This document shows positions 33,835 to 44,104 of a stretch of DNA of 64,000 nt, one piece after another; within the stretch, counting starts at the first letter, position 1; each line of letters begins with the position of its first letter. Position numbers and translations under genes: made by a program. The stretch spans positions 59,359 to 123,358 of the forward strand of contig JAZKAU010000001.1 of assembly GCA_040388985.1 (NCBI GenBank). The letters run 5' to 3'. This DNA is from Patescibacteria group bacterium (GTDB lineage Bacteria; Patescibacteriota; Minisyncoccia; Phycocordibacterales; Phycocordibacteraceae). A model generated the notes under the pieces. The model was not told the origin of the DNA and did no database searches. It saw nothing but the letters and a program-made list of their open reading frames with translations.

Positions 33835-36723
33835 ATGCCCATGCTCGAAATAAAGAAGCGGAACGGAACCGTCGTTCCCTTCGACGCAGAAAAGATATCT
33901 GCAGCCATCGCGAAGGCCTTCATCGCCTCCAGTGAGACCGTTTCGGAAGAGGGGCTTGGCGAGATGACCGCGGACATCGTCGGCACGCTTGAGGCCAGAT
34001 TCCCTGAATATCCGCCATCCGTCGAGCATGTACAGGACGCGGTGGAGTTGGCGCTCATGCGCGGCGGCTACCTCGACGTAGCCAAGCAGTACATCGTCTA
34101 CCGCTACGAGCGTTCGAAGGTCCGCGAGGAGAAGAAGCAGGAGACGCTCGAGAAGATCGAGGAGGAAGGCCTGATGCTCACCAACGCATCGGGAGGACAG
34201 GAACGTTTCAATGAGGCGAAGGTTCGCGAGTCGCTTGCGCGCGTGTCCGAGGGCATGCCGGACGTAAGCGAACTCGACATGGACGCCATACTCGCGCAGC
34301 TCCGGTTCGAGCTGTATGAGGGCATGACGACTGCCGAGGTGCGCAAGGCGCTCGTTGCCGTCGTACGCTCGATGATCGAGCGCGACCCCGCATACTCGCG
34401 CCTCGCGGCGCGCCTCCTGCTCGACGGCCTCTACGCCGAGGTCTTCGGTCCCGAATATGACGCGAAGAATCCTCTCGACTCGCATGAGCGGGTCTTCGTG
34501 CGCAATATGAAGCAGCTCGTTGAAGCCGGCGACCTCGACGAGAGGATGGGCGAGTTCGACCTCGCGAAGCTCGCGCGTGCGATGAAGGTAGAGAACGATA
34601 CGCTTTTCGAATACATGGGCCTTGAGATCATGAGCAGCCGTTACTGCATGGAGGATCCGAAGACGAAGGCTCAGCTCGAGACTCCGCAGATGCTCTGGAT
34701 GCGCATCGCTATGGGCCTTGCCATCGCTGAGAAGCCGGAAGACCGCGAGAAAGCTGCTCTTGAGTTCTATGACGTGCTCTCGAATTTCTACTACACGCCC
34801 GGCGGCCGCACCCTCTTCCAGGCCGGCGTGAAGAAGGCCCAGCTTTCTAACTGCTTCCTCAACGTCGTTCCTGACTCGCTCGACGGCATCTTCAAGTCCT
34901 TCAGCGATAATGCTCAGTATCTGAAGTGGTCGGGCGGCACGGGAACCAGCTGGAGCCGCGTGCGCGCTACCGGATCCTTCATCAAGGGCACGGGCGTCGG
35001 TTCCCAGGGCCCTATACCGTTCCTCAAGATTGCCAACGACGTGAACATCGCCATCAACCGCTCCGGCAAGCGACGTGGCGCAGGCTGCGTATACCTTGAG
35101 AGCTGGCACCTCGATATCGAGGACTTCCTCGAGCTGCGTAAGAATACGGGCGACGAACGGCGACGTACGCATGACATAAATACCGCTAACTGGATCCCAG
35201 ACCTGTTCATGAAGCGCGTGCGCGATGGTGGCGAGTGGACTCTCTTCTCTCCGAACGACGTGCCAGAGCTTACCGAGATATATGGCGCGGCCTTCGAGAA
35301 GAAATATCAGGAGTACGAGGCTGCAGCCGATCGGGGCGAGATAGAGATCTATAAGCGCATTCCGGCCGCTGATCTCTGGAAGAAGATGATCGGCATGCTG
35401 TTCGAGACCGGGCACCCGTGGATTACCTGGAAGGACCCGTCCAACATCCGCTCACCGCAGGATCATGCCGGCGTCGTGCATAACAGCAACCTCTGCACCG
35501 AGATAACGCTCAATACGAGCGACGACGAGACGGCTGTCTGTACGCTCGGCTCTCTAAACTTCGCGAAGTTCGTCACCCGTGACGAGAACGGGAAGCCTAC
35601 CTTCGACTGTGATTTGGTCGCTAAGGTCACGCGCGTGGCAGTGCGCATGCTCGATAACGTCATCGATCTCAATTACTACCCGACCGTCGACTCGTACAAC
35701 GGCAATTCCCGCCATCGCCCTATCGGGCTCGGCGTACGCGGCTACCACGACGCGCTCTATATGCTCGGACTCCAGTTCGACAGTCCTGAGGCGGTCGCCT
35801 TCGCCGACGAGAGCATGGAAGTCATGGCCTACTACACCATCCTCGCCTCAAGCGAGCTCGCGAAGGAGCGAGGTACCTATTCGACCTATAAGGGCTCGAA
35901 GTGGGACCGCGATATCTTCCCGCAGGACACCATCGACCTGCTTGAGGCTGAGCGCGGCGAGGAGATCAAGGTGAAGCGTGGCGGGAAGCTCGACTGGACG
36001 CCGGTCCGCGCTCATGTGAAGCAATACGGCATGCGCAACTCGAACACCATGGCTATCGCGCCTACCGCGTCTACGGCGAACCTGGTGGGTTGCATCCCGT
36101 GCGTCGAGCCTATCTACAAGAACATCTACGTGAAGAGCAACAAGGAAGGGGAGTTCGTCGTCGTGAACAAGTATCTTGTCGAAGACCTCAAGAAGGAAGG
36201 CCTCTGGAGCGCCGCGATGCTCAACCGCATCAAGTATGCTGACGGCAGCATCCAGGACATCATGGAGATTCCCGCGCATCTGCGCGAGAAGTACAAGGAG
36301 GTCTTCGAGATCGACGGCAAGTGGCTGGTGGAAGCTGCGGCACGGCGCGGGAAGTGGATAGACCAATCCCAGTCCCTTAACATCTTCTACAATGGCACCA
36401 GCGGCCGCGACCTCTCTGAAATATACTTCAAGGCGTGGGAAATGGGCCTCAAGACTACGTACTATCTGCGTACTCTTGGCGCTTCCCAAGTAGAGAAAGC
36501 TACCGTCTCAAGCAGCGAATACGGCTCGACTCACACCCGCACCAGCGGCGCTCCGCTCGCGCAGGCAGTGGCAGTGGCAGAAGCAGTCGTAGCGCGCGCA
36601 GAGATGCCGCAGCGGCCCGTTTTGAGCGTTCCAAGCGGCTTCTCGCCGGAGGAGTGGAAGGCAAAGCTGGCACGAGTCGCCGCGGGTGAAGAGTCGGGCA
36701 TCTGCGAATCCTGTGAGTCTTAG
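33835..36723 (+). CDS. nrdA: Ribonucleoside-diphosphate reductase alpha subunit (class Ia, two ATP-cone-like domains)
   Basis: IKKRNG ATP cone, QLSNCF, SNLCTEI, IAPTAS, KTTYYLR, C-terminal CESCES. Confidence 0.97.
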   Translation: MPMLEIKKRNGTVVPFDAEKISAAIAKAFIASSETVSEEGLGEMTADIVGTLEARFPEYPPSVEHVQDAVELALMRGGYLDVAKQYIVYRYERSKVREEKKQETLEKIEEEGLMLTNASGGQERFNEAKVRESLARVSEGMPDVSELDMDAILAQLRFELYEGMTTAEVRKALVAVVRSMIERDPAYSRLAARLLLDGLYAEVFGPEYDAKNPLDSHERVFVRNMKQLVEAGDLDERMGEFDLAKLARAMKVENDTLFEYMGLEIMSSRYCMEDPKTKAQLETPQMLWMRIAMGLAIAEKPEDREKAALEFYDVLSNFYYTPGGRTLFQAGVKKAQLSNCFLNVVPDSLDGIFKSFSDNAQYLKWSGGTGTSWSRVRATGSFIKGTGVGSQGPIPFLKIANDVNIAINRSGKRRGAGCVYLESWHLDIEDFLELRKNTGDERRRTHDINTANWIPDLFMKRVRDGGEWTLFSPNDVPELTEIYGAAFEKKYQEYEAAADRGEIEIYKRIPAADLWKKMIGMLFETGHPWITWKDPSNIRSPQDHAGVVHNSNLCTEITLNTSDDETAVCTLGSLNFAKFVTRDENGKPTFDCDLVAKVTRVAVRMLDNVIDLNYYPTVDSYNGNSRHRPIGLGVRGYHDALYMLGLQFDSPEAVAFADESMEVMAYYTILASSELAKERGTYSTYKGSKWDRDIFPQDTIDLLEAERGEEIKVKRGGKLDWTPVRAHVKQYGMRNSNTMAIAPTASTANLVGCIPCVEPIYKNIYVKSNKEGEFVVVNKYLVEDLKKEGLWSAAMLNRIKYADGSIQDIMEIPAHLREKYKEVFEIDGKWLVEAAARRGKWIDQSQSLNIFYNGTSGRDLSEIYFKAWEMGLKTTYYLRTLGASQVEKATVSSSEYGSTHTRTSGAPLAQAVAVAEAVVARAEMPQRPVLSVPSGFSPEEWKAKLARVAAGEESGICESCES

Positions 36724-36845
36724 AACGGGTTAAAATCCCTTTCTGCGTCGTTATGGGTCCCACCGGATTCTCTCACCGTAGGTCCACTACGACTCGAGAA
36801 TCCTCCTCCCATGCCTCGCATAAAGGAATTTTCCCTCCGTTCTAG
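36720..36845 (-). repeat. Structured intergenic repeat, family A (copy 5)
   Basis: Reverse strand: TATGCGAGGCATGGG..GGATTCTC-GAGTCGTAG-tggac-CTACGGTGA-GAGAATCC..CCCATAACGACGCAGA; terminal IR tagaacgg/ccgttcta. Confidence 0.75.
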
Positions 36846-36911
36846 CTGAAACAATCAGAGTGCTTCTGACTTACGAAGAAAAGTCGAATTATAGAAATAA
36901 CCAATCCATAT

Positions 36912-37946
36912 ATGCCCATCAACAAAGGAGCTGCGCCCGTGAATATCAATAATCGCAAGGTCATCAATGGCGGCGACGCAGACGTCATGCAGCTCTATCC
37001 CATGAAGCATCACTTCGCGTGGGAGGCATATATGGCAGGGAACGCCAACCACTGGCTTCCGACCGAGATAAGCATGCAGCGCGACATCGAGCAGTGGAAG
37101 AGCACCACGGTGCTAACCAGTGATGAGCGCAAGGCCTTTGAGACCGTTCTAGGCTTCTTTACGACTGCGGACTCCATAGCGGCCAATAACGTCGTACTCG
37201 CCCTCTACAAGCACATCACGAGCCCTGAGTGCCGCATGTATCTGCTCCGCCAGGGATACGAGGAAGCCATCCACACGCACGCCTATCAATACATCGTAGA
37301 GTCCCTCGGCATGGACGAGAGCAAGATATTCAACATGTATAGGGAAGTCGAAAGCATCTACAACAAGGACAACATGATCCTGTCGCTCAACGAGGGCATC
37401 TTCGCCGACGACTTCAAGACCGGAACCTTCGAGAACGACCAGAAATTCCTCGAGAACCTCTGCGTCTTCTCCCTCATTCTCGAAGGCATCTTCTTCTACT
37501 CGTCCTTTGCCGTCATGTTCGGCTTCCAGCGTCAGAATAAGCTCACCGGAAGCGCTGAGCAGATCCAGTACATCATGCGCGACGAGTCCCAGCACCTCAA
37601 TTTCGGCGTGAACATGATAAACGCCATCAAGGAAGAGCAGCCGGAGCTCTGGACGCCTGAATTCGAGCAACGCATCATCGATCTCGTGAAGCGTGCTGTC
37701 GTGCTCGAATACACTTTTGCAGCTGAAGTCTTCCCGCGCGGCATCTTCGGTATGAATGCAGCCGGCTTCAAGCAGTACATCGAGCATATCGCCGATCGCC
37801 GGCTTGCAGCCGTGGGTCTGCCCGCTCAGTACAACGTCGCCAATCCGTTCACCTGGATGAGCGAAGCCGTAGACCTCAACAAGGAGAAGAACTTCTTCGA
37901 GACCCGCGTCACCGAGTACAAGACGGGCGGAACTCTGGATTGGTAG
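36912..37946 (+). CDS. nrdB: Ribonucleoside-diphosphate reductase beta subunit
   Basis: ADSI, EEAIHTHAY (radical Tyr present), EGIFF, RDESQH, NFFETRV. Confidence 0.96.
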   Translation: MPINKGAAPVNINNRKVINGGDADVMQLYPMKHHFAWEAYMAGNANHWLPTEISMQRDIEQWKSTTVLTSDERKAFETVLGFFTTADSIAANNVVLALYKHITSPECRMYLLRQGYEEAIHTHAYQYIVESLGMDESKIFNMYREVESIYNKDNMILSLNEGIFADDFKTGTFENDQKFLENLCVFSLILEGIFFYSSFAVMFGFQRQNKLTGSAEQIQYIMRDESQHLNFGVNMINAIKEEQPELWTPEFEQRIIDLVKRAVVLEYTFAAEVFPRGIFGMNAAGFKQYIEHIADRRLAAVGLPAQYNVANPFTWMSEAVDLNKEKNFFETRVTEYKTGGTLDW

Positions 37947-37976
37947 AGGATATTAAAAGAAGTTACATACACGAAG

Positions 37977-38010
37977 AAAAGGGCGCTGGCTCGGAAGCCA
38001 GCGCCCTTTT
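37977..38010. terminator. Bidirectional terminator
   Basis: AAAAGGGCGCTGGCT-cgga-AGCCAGCGCCCTTTT. Confidence 0.85.
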
Positions 38011-38033
38011 GCCTTCTTACATGACCTCGAAGC

Positions 38034-39152
38034 TTATGCTGCTTCGGCCCGCTCCCTCGAATCCAGGATCTTCTGGATCCATGCCTTGAGGCCCTCGAGG
38101 TCTTGGCTCGCTAGCACGAAGCGCTCGAGCAGCTCTTCGAGTTCCGCGTCGGTCGCCGTGTCATACGCCTGATGGAAGTCTGCGGGTCGCCAGTCGTGGA
38201 GCGGCGATGCGCTTATTTCCGACAAGAACGTGTCGACAAGCTTCCGTCGTCTCGCCGGCTGGAACCGCTCGGTCTTGTCATTGGCACTCCCCACTCGTGC
38301 GCTTAGCTGCTGGGCTCGGTCCTTGATCAGATTGATGGCCCGAAGAGCCCCCCAGTGGTTATGCTGGATTACGCGCAAAAGCATCCGCTGGAGTTCGAAC
38401 CGCCGACCGTCATCGTCAAGCGCTTCGAACAGAACATCGACACCGTCTGCAGGATGTGCGAACGGGCCGAGCTGATCGAGAAGCTCGTCAAGTTCCCCAA
38501 CTGTCGGGATCTTCACTGCTCCCAGCTCCGCAGCAATCGTTATCGCAAGGCGTTTCTTTTCGTTGATTTCCGGCTTAAGCAGCTCTTGGATATCCGGTGC
38601 GAGCCGAGTGAGACTCATGCGCGAGTATAGGTGCGGGACTGACTTTCCGCGATGTTTGGCGATTACCTCCATCGTGAGCCCTTGCTCTCGCAGACCCACC
38701 ACTTCGTACCCTTGCTCGAGCGGCGAGAGGTCCTTGTGGCCGGAATTAAGCAAGGAAGCATCAAGACGGTGATCCGCTTCCGTTGCATATATCCGGACAT
38801 GGATGGGAATCGCTTCGATTTCTGCTCTACTTGCACTTGTCCAGCGCCGATGGCCCGAGACAATGGCGAAGAACGCGCCATCGAATTCAGGCGCCAGCTT
38901 GACCCACGGGGCAAGATGTCGAGGAGTGACCGTGATTGACTCACGTACTCCTGACGCGCCGACGCTTTCCTGCAGTTCGGCGAGGTCAGCCTCGTCGATA
39001 TGCCGCCGAGGCTGGTCGGGGTCGGGGGCGCACACGCTGGGATGTGCGAATCCGGCTCCGTCCTGCTGGCTCCACCACTCGCATGGTACGTTCGAGATGT
39101 GTACCACTCTCCCGTCAGGGAGCGTGGCCTCACGGAGTGAGGTCTCAGTCAT
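38034..39152 (-). CDS. ParB/RepB/Spo0J family protein (no adjacent parA)
   Basis: PDQPRR, L.EL.ESV..GV..SITV, SGHRRW, HTH region; AAAGGAGGG SD before MTETS. Confidence 0.85.
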   Translation of the reverse strand: MTETSLREATLPDGRVVHISNVPCEWWSQQDGAGFAHPSVCAPDPDQPRRHIDEADLAELQESVGASGVRESITVTPRHLAPWVKLAPEFDGAFFAIVSGHRRWTSASRAEIEAIPIHVRIYATEADHRLDASLLNSGHKDLSPLEQGYEVVGLREQGLTMEVIAKHRGKSVPHLYSRMSLTRLAPDIQELLKPEINEKKRLAITIAAELGAVKIPTVGELDELLDQLGPFAHPADGVDVLFEALDDDGRRFELQRMLLRVIQHNHWGALRAINLIKDRAQQLSARVGSANDKTERFQPARRRKLVDTFLSEISASPLHDWRPADFHQAYDTATDAELEELLERFVLASQDLEGLKAWIQKILDSRERAEAA

Positions 39153-39379
39153 TGCGGCACCCTCCTTTCGGGTCGCTTGAGTTAAGGTCCATGAACATTT
39201 CAAAGACCTGGACTAAGTGCAGCGTAGCCCCTGAAGCAATATAGTCAATCCCTTTTGAATTAACATGGTTTGCCGAGAAGTCAAACGTTACGCCCGACTC
39301 CAGATTCCAAGCAATTCTACATCAGGGGCTATGAGTTCAAGCATGTCTAAATCTTCATACATCGTGCTAGCATGACCGG

Positions 39380-40096
39380 ATGAAAACAGTCGGGATAGTA
39401 GGATACGGGCAATTCGGCCGCTTCATGGCGGCCCACCTTTCTAAGTATGCTCAGGTGCGGGCATTCGACGTGGCGGGAAAGGAAGGCGTTCTCCTCGTTT
39501 CACTGACTGACGTAGCTAGCAGCGACCTCCTTATCTTTGCCGTACCTGTCCAGAATCTTGAAGAAGCCTGCGAGCAGGTAGTGCCGCATGTAAGCCCCGG
39601 AGCTCTGATCGTCGATGTCTCGTCGGTGAAGATGCGTCCGCTCGCCATCCTAAAGGCTTATTTCCCAGATCATGAGATACTCGGCACGCATCCGATCTTC
39701 GGCCCGCAATCAGGCAAGGACGGGATAGAAGGACTTCCGCTTGTCGTTGCGAACGTGTCATGGACTTCCGAGCATTATAATCAGATACTGCGCTTCCTTT
39801 CAGGTACGCTCGGCTTGCATGTGATCGAGCGAACTCCGGAAGAACACGACAGGGAGATGGCGCGAGTTCAGGGCCTTACGCACTTCATTGGCAAGGCGCT
39901 GGTGCGCCTGGATATACAGGAATACGAGACGGGTACGATGAGTTACAACCAGCTCATAAAGCTTCGAGAACTCCTGAAGGATGACTCCTGGGAACTCTTC
40001 AAGACGATAGAGAACGAGAATCCGTACGCTCAGGAAGTCAGAGAGGGATTCCTGACCACGCTTGCCATCCTTGAGAAAGAGCTGAAAGATATGTAG
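39380..40096 (+). CDS. Prephenate/arogenate dehydrogenase (TyrA-like)
   Basis: GYGQFG, DVSSVK, THPIFGP, EEHD..MA..QGLTH. Confidence 0.88.
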   Translation: MKTVGIVGYGQFGRFMAAHLSKYAQVRAFDVAGKEGVLLVSLTDVASSDLLIFAVPVQNLEEACEQVVPHVSPGALIVDVSSVKMRPLAILKAYFPDHEILGTHPIFGPQSGKDGIEGLPLVVANVSWTSEHYNQILRFLSGTLGLHVIERTPEEHDREMARVQGLTHFIGKALVRLDIQEYETGTMSYNQLIKLRELLKDDSWELFKTIENENPYAQEVREGFLTTLAILEKELKDM

Positions 40097-40138
40097 CAAG
40101 GGGGTTTACGCGGAAACGATCCGGCATATTATATATTT

Positions 40139-40849
40139 ATGTTCCATATAAGACCGAATTCCGAAGATGCCTTCCATGTCATTCTGGGCGAGTTGCTCGG
40201 GCTTTGGCTTATCGCCAACGCCGGATACTATCTCATTTTCTATACGTTCAACTTCGGTCTGAGCTACAATACGGCACCGATAACCATCGCGCTTTACTTC
40301 TTGCTGTGGGCCGGAGTGAGTATCTTCTCCTTCTGGGACATCCTTCGGGAGTGGCTTAACGTCGAGCGGCGTATCTGGGTCTATGGCCTATGGAGCCTCG
40401 GATTCGCCGCGCTTATGTGGGTGCTTCTCTATCTCTTCGCGCATTTGCCCGCCGTATCAGGTCTGCAAGTCGCACCCTTCACTGATATCCTGTTCGCGAC
40501 TCCCTGGTATTTCCTGCCCAAATCTACCGAGGTCTTGGTCCAGCAGATACTCATGACTATCCTCGTGCTTGAGCTCAACTATCGATACCGTTCGCTCTAC
40601 AAGGTGATTCTGGGCTACATCGTATGCTTCGGCGGATCGCATCTGCTCCTTTTTCTCTTCTTCAATCCTGCTGCCACCGTATACGCGGCCGCGATGACCA
40701 TCGGCTCGCTATTCTCTGCGCTAGTCTTCCCGTATCTCATCCTTCGCGTGCGGGGAGGATTCATCTATACCTACGCCATCCATCTTCTCTTCTACATCTT
40801 CCTTGCGATGGCGCTCCACGCCTGGCCGCCGCCGGGGTATATCGCTTAG
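40139..40849 (+). CDS. Multi-pass membrane protein
   Basis: About seven TM helices. Confidence 0.75.
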   Translation: MFHIRPNSEDAFHVILGELLGLWLIANAGYYLIFYTFNFGLSYNTAPITIALYFLLWAGVSIFSFWDILREWLNVERRIWVYGLWSLGFAALMWVLLYLFAHLPAVSGLQVAPFTDILFATPWYFLPKSTEVLVQQILMTILVLELNYRYRSLYKVILGYIVCFGGSHLLLFLFFNPAATVYAAAMTIGSLFSALVFPYLILRVRGGFIYTYAIHLLFYIFLAMALHAWPPPGYIA

Positions 40850-41018
40850 GGTTCTACATTTCTCACAGACAGATTCTAGGAATCTGCAAAACAAGCTGTT
40901 ATTGCGTCACCCTCTGTAGCAGATTTCCTCGGCCTTCCAAAGTTTGATATGGCGGATGTTGATGTAAAAGTATAGTAATCTCCGTGCCCATTAATACTAG
41001 GATAATAATTGATGCGTT

Positions 41019-41207
41019 TTAGGTAGTCTGACCTTTTCGAAAAGTACCATCATCATACGAGCGCGGCAGCAGCACCAGGCCGAATACCACCCGCTCGCAC
41101 GGCTTGGGCCAGGCAGACTTTCCACTGAACAGCGCGTAGAGGAAGGTGAGGATGCAGGCGACGGCGCCCGTAGCTAACTGGAGCGTCGACACCCACTCGC
41201 CGGTCAT
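41019..41207 (-). CDS. Possible small membrane protein
   Basis: 62-aa ORF with one TM helix; weak support. Confidence 0.3.
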   Translation of the reverse strand: MTGEWVSTLQLATGAVACILTFLYALFSGKSAWPKPCERVVFGLVLLPRSYDDGTFRKGQTT

Positions 41208-41484
41208 CTCCCGATACTACAGAGCGTTGAGCGTTGAACATACGCCCAGATGCTTTAGTTCATCGTACTGGGCGTTACTGCCCGAGCTTGCTCTGAACGT
41301 TATAGATCACATAGGGACGACGCTCCACTCTAGAGGCCTTTTTCCAGAAAAATCTGAAAAGAATTTGAGATTTATCTTACCTTCGTTTTGAAAAGATACT
41401 CGTGCGCAGAGATAGTTCTTTCGGACTATACGCTGACGCGTCCGGCACGGTATCCCTTATACGCTTATCTCAGATCCATATTCT

Positions 41485-43104
41485 ATGAACCTGATCTCTG
41501 CTTCCGTGCGGCGTGGCCTCGTTCACGCGCTCTCGATCGGCACAATTACGACCGCTCTTATATTTCTTGTATCACCAGCCCTTGCGCTCGCGAGCCCACC
41601 TACCTGCACCCTAACCGCAACGCCTTCGACGGTAGACGTAGGGGACCACGTTACCCTGAACTGGGCTTCGACGGGCGCTACGTACGGCACGTGGCTGCAG
41701 GATGCTGCCGCAGCCGTACTCGGACTCTCCGGAGATGCTCTTCTTGCAAGCGGTTCGGAGGATTTTCTTGTCGGAAGCACTACTGGCACGATCACCCCGA
41801 CGCTACAGGTCGCACAGACCGCTAAGACCTTGACCCAGGTGGCCTCGACATCGCTTCCTGCGTTCACGAACGCGATCGGTCTAGAGATCGTCGGAAATTA
41901 TGCCTATGTGGTGGACGCGGGTGCGAGCCATCAATTAGATGTCATCAGCATCGCTAATCCGACTGCGCCTGCGGTAGTCGGAACGACCAGCAGCCTGACG
42001 AACCTGAACGGTGCCTTCTACATCAAGATTTCCGGAAACTACGCCTTTGTCACCGCGACTGGAAGCGATCGCCTCACCGTAGTGGATATATCGAACCCGA
42101 CTGCGCCTGCGGTCGTCGCGTCGCTAAGCGATTCAAGGTTCTCCGCACCGCGCGGCCTGTTCTTGGTCGGAAACTATGCCTATGTAGTCGGGAATAGCCA
42201 AGGGAGTCTCAGCATCGTGGATATCTCGAACCCGCTGGCTCCGGTGATCAAGGGTTCGCTCACTGACTCGACCATACTCAGCGGGGGAGATTCTCTCTTT
42301 GTCGACGGCCGGTATGCCTACGTCACGGCAGGGCAGAGCAGTACGCTTGCCGTTATCGACATAGCTAGCTCGACGGCTCCCGCCATCGTAGGAACGCTGG
42401 TTGACCCGATACGGATGAATAATCCGAAAGAGCTCCTGGTCTCGGGTAACTACGCGTATGTAACGGCCTTAGCAAGCAATGCGCTCGTAATAGTCGATAT
42501 CTCGAGCTCGACCGCGCCTACGATAGTCAGTGCGCTATCAGATACCACCCGGCTCGCAGGGCCGAAGAATCTGACGATATTCGATGGCATTGCATACATC
42601 GCTGCCAATAGCGGTAGGAGTCTGGTAATGGCGGATATTACCGATCCGCATGCCCCATTCATCATTGACTCGAAGAGAGACACGACAAACCTGAGCGATC
42701 CTCGCGGAGTAGCTATAAGTGGCGGCTATATATTCATAGCGTCTGGGAATATATTCGACGTGTTCACGACGGTCGAAACGTCGCTTGCCAGCGATTGCTC
42801 CGCCACTATTACGGTAAGCGGCGGGACGCAGCAGCCTACCGCTACGGTCGACAGCGTCCTGAACAGCGCTGGAAACGCTACGATAAGCGGCACGGCTACC
42901 GGCCCGACCTCGCTCACCGTCATCATCTATCCATCCTTCGATAGTGATACGGTCGTCTATCGCGATGATCAGGTACCGGTGAGCGGCGGCCACTGGTCAG
43001 TGACCGCGCCTCTTCAATCCGGGAGCTATACCGTTGAAGTCCACAGCTCAAGCCAAAGCCCTTCAGCAGGAACGTATCTGACCAGCAGTACGTTCTCGGT
43101 GTAG
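41485..43104 (+). CDS. Secreted LVIVD-repeat beta-propeller protein (paralog 2)
   Basis: Same architecture and length (539 aa) as 28694-30313. Confidence 0.88.
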   Translation: MNLISASVRRGLVHALSIGTITTALIFLVSPALALASPPTCTLTATPSTVDVGDHVTLNWASTGATYGTWLQDAAAAVLGLSGDALLASGSEDFLVGSTTGTITPTLQVAQTAKTLTQVASTSLPAFTNAIGLEIVGNYAYVVDAGASHQLDVISIANPTAPAVVGTTSSLTNLNGAFYIKISGNYAFVTATGSDRLTVVDISNPTAPAVVASLSDSRFSAPRGLFLVGNYAYVVGNSQGSLSIVDISNPLAPVIKGSLTDSTILSGGDSLFVDGRYAYVTAGQSSTLAVIDIASSTAPAIVGTLVDPIRMNNPKELLVSGNYAYVTALASNALVIVDISSSTAPTIVSALSDTTRLAGPKNLTIFDGIAYIAANSGRSLVMADITDPHAPFIIDSKRDTTNLSDPRGVAISGGYIFIASGNIFDVFTTVETSLASDCSATITVSGGTQQPTATVDSVLNSAGNATISGTATGPTSLTVIIYPSFDSDTVVYRDDQVPVSGGHWSVTAPLQSGSYTVEVHSSSQSPSAGTYLTSSTFSV

Positions 43105-43456
43105 TCTGGTCAGACAATCAAAGGGTCAATCGGACTGGCAGCGGAGGATTCAGCCTAAGACAAAGAGGCTCGCAAAAGCCTCTTTGTCTTTGCTTGTTCG
43201 CACTGGCTAATGACTTTAGAACGATAGACTGGGTAAAGGAATACCCGATTCCGGAGATAACCCTGAAGCAGATCTCTACCTGCGGGCAGGATCCTTCCAC
43301 ACCGGGCAGGCAGCTTGCTGTGCAACTACACTTGGATCTTAATAGTAGCTTCGCTCCTTTAAAATCTCGGCGTACACCTTGCGGCTTCTCCTCGAAGACT
43401 CAGAAAATGCTCACAAGGTCTTCGAATCCTGCACGTAAGCGCCCCACGCTTACTCT

Positions 43457-43505
43457 GGGAAACCAATAAGAAAGCGCCCAAGAGGCGCTTTCTTATTGGT
43501 TTCCC
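43457..43505. repeat. 22-bp perfect inverted repeat abutting an att-like scar
   Basis: GGGAAACCAATAAGAAAGCGCC-caaga-GGCGCTTTCTTATTGGTTTCCC. Confidence 0.85.
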
Positions 43506-43530
43506 TGGCTGTGTGGGACAACGTTGGAAC
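43505..43530 (+). repeat. 26-bp direct repeat, copy 1 (att-like)
   Basis: CTGGCTGTGTGGGACAACGTTGGAAC, identical at 44105-44130. Confidence 0.9.
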
Positions 43531-43620
43531 TTTCTTAAGGAAATATGCACTAGCAATGGACTAAGTTAAGTGTTTGTATTATAATGCGCTCAGTTGTTCC
43601 CACCGTTGGAGGAATGGAAA

Positions 43621-43986
43621 ATGAGACCTACCCCTTGGGCCCTTGCAGCCTTCCGAGTATCCCACCAGCACCCTGAGTCTGATCATCGAGATAGGCTATT
43701 GAAAGATGGGGTGCCCGTGCATCTCATCGATCAGCTCTGCGCAACTCATGCGACCTGCCGGCTCCGACTCCTTCAGATGGAGCTGAAGATCAACTATTCG
43801 GCTATCCCCCATTTCAATAAGTGGATTAGCTGCAAGAAAACCTTTGGCCGTGGCGATGATGAAACCGCTGAATGGTTTGGATTCGTCCGTCGCATTGAAC
43901 AGCTCGAAACGGAGCTTGGCGCAAAGAAACCTCGTGCAGCTCGTCTGCGAGCAAAGCTCAACAAGGTGAGCATGCGACGCGGATAA
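43621..43986 (+). CDS. Orphan hypothetical protein in the DR-flanked cassette
   Basis: GGAGG SD, TATAAT upstream and a terminator hairpin downstream. Confidence 0.7.
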   Translation: MRPTPWALAAFRVSHQHPESDHRDRLLKDGVPVHLIDQLCATHATCRLRLLQMELKINYSAIPHFNKWISCKKTFGRGDDETAEWFGFVRRIEQLETELGAKKPRAARLRAKLNKVSMRRG

Positions 43987-44104
43987 TAACCGTCTGAAGA
44001 ATCCGCCTGGAGAAATCCACCGCTTCTCCAGGCGGCTTCTTTTTATGCAAATAGTTCCAAAGTACTATTCTGCTTCTCCGTATGGGCTAGATTCTAAAAC
44101 ATTG

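Noticed and set aside
36912-37946. NrdB as a class Ic (Mn/Fe) or metal-free variant
   Set aside because: The first ligand Asp and the radical Tyr are both present, consistent with class Ia.
43400-43450. TTCGAATCCTGCA T-loop-like motif as a tRNA
   Set aside because: No cloverleaf can be built; at most a tRNA-derived remnant associated with the att scars.
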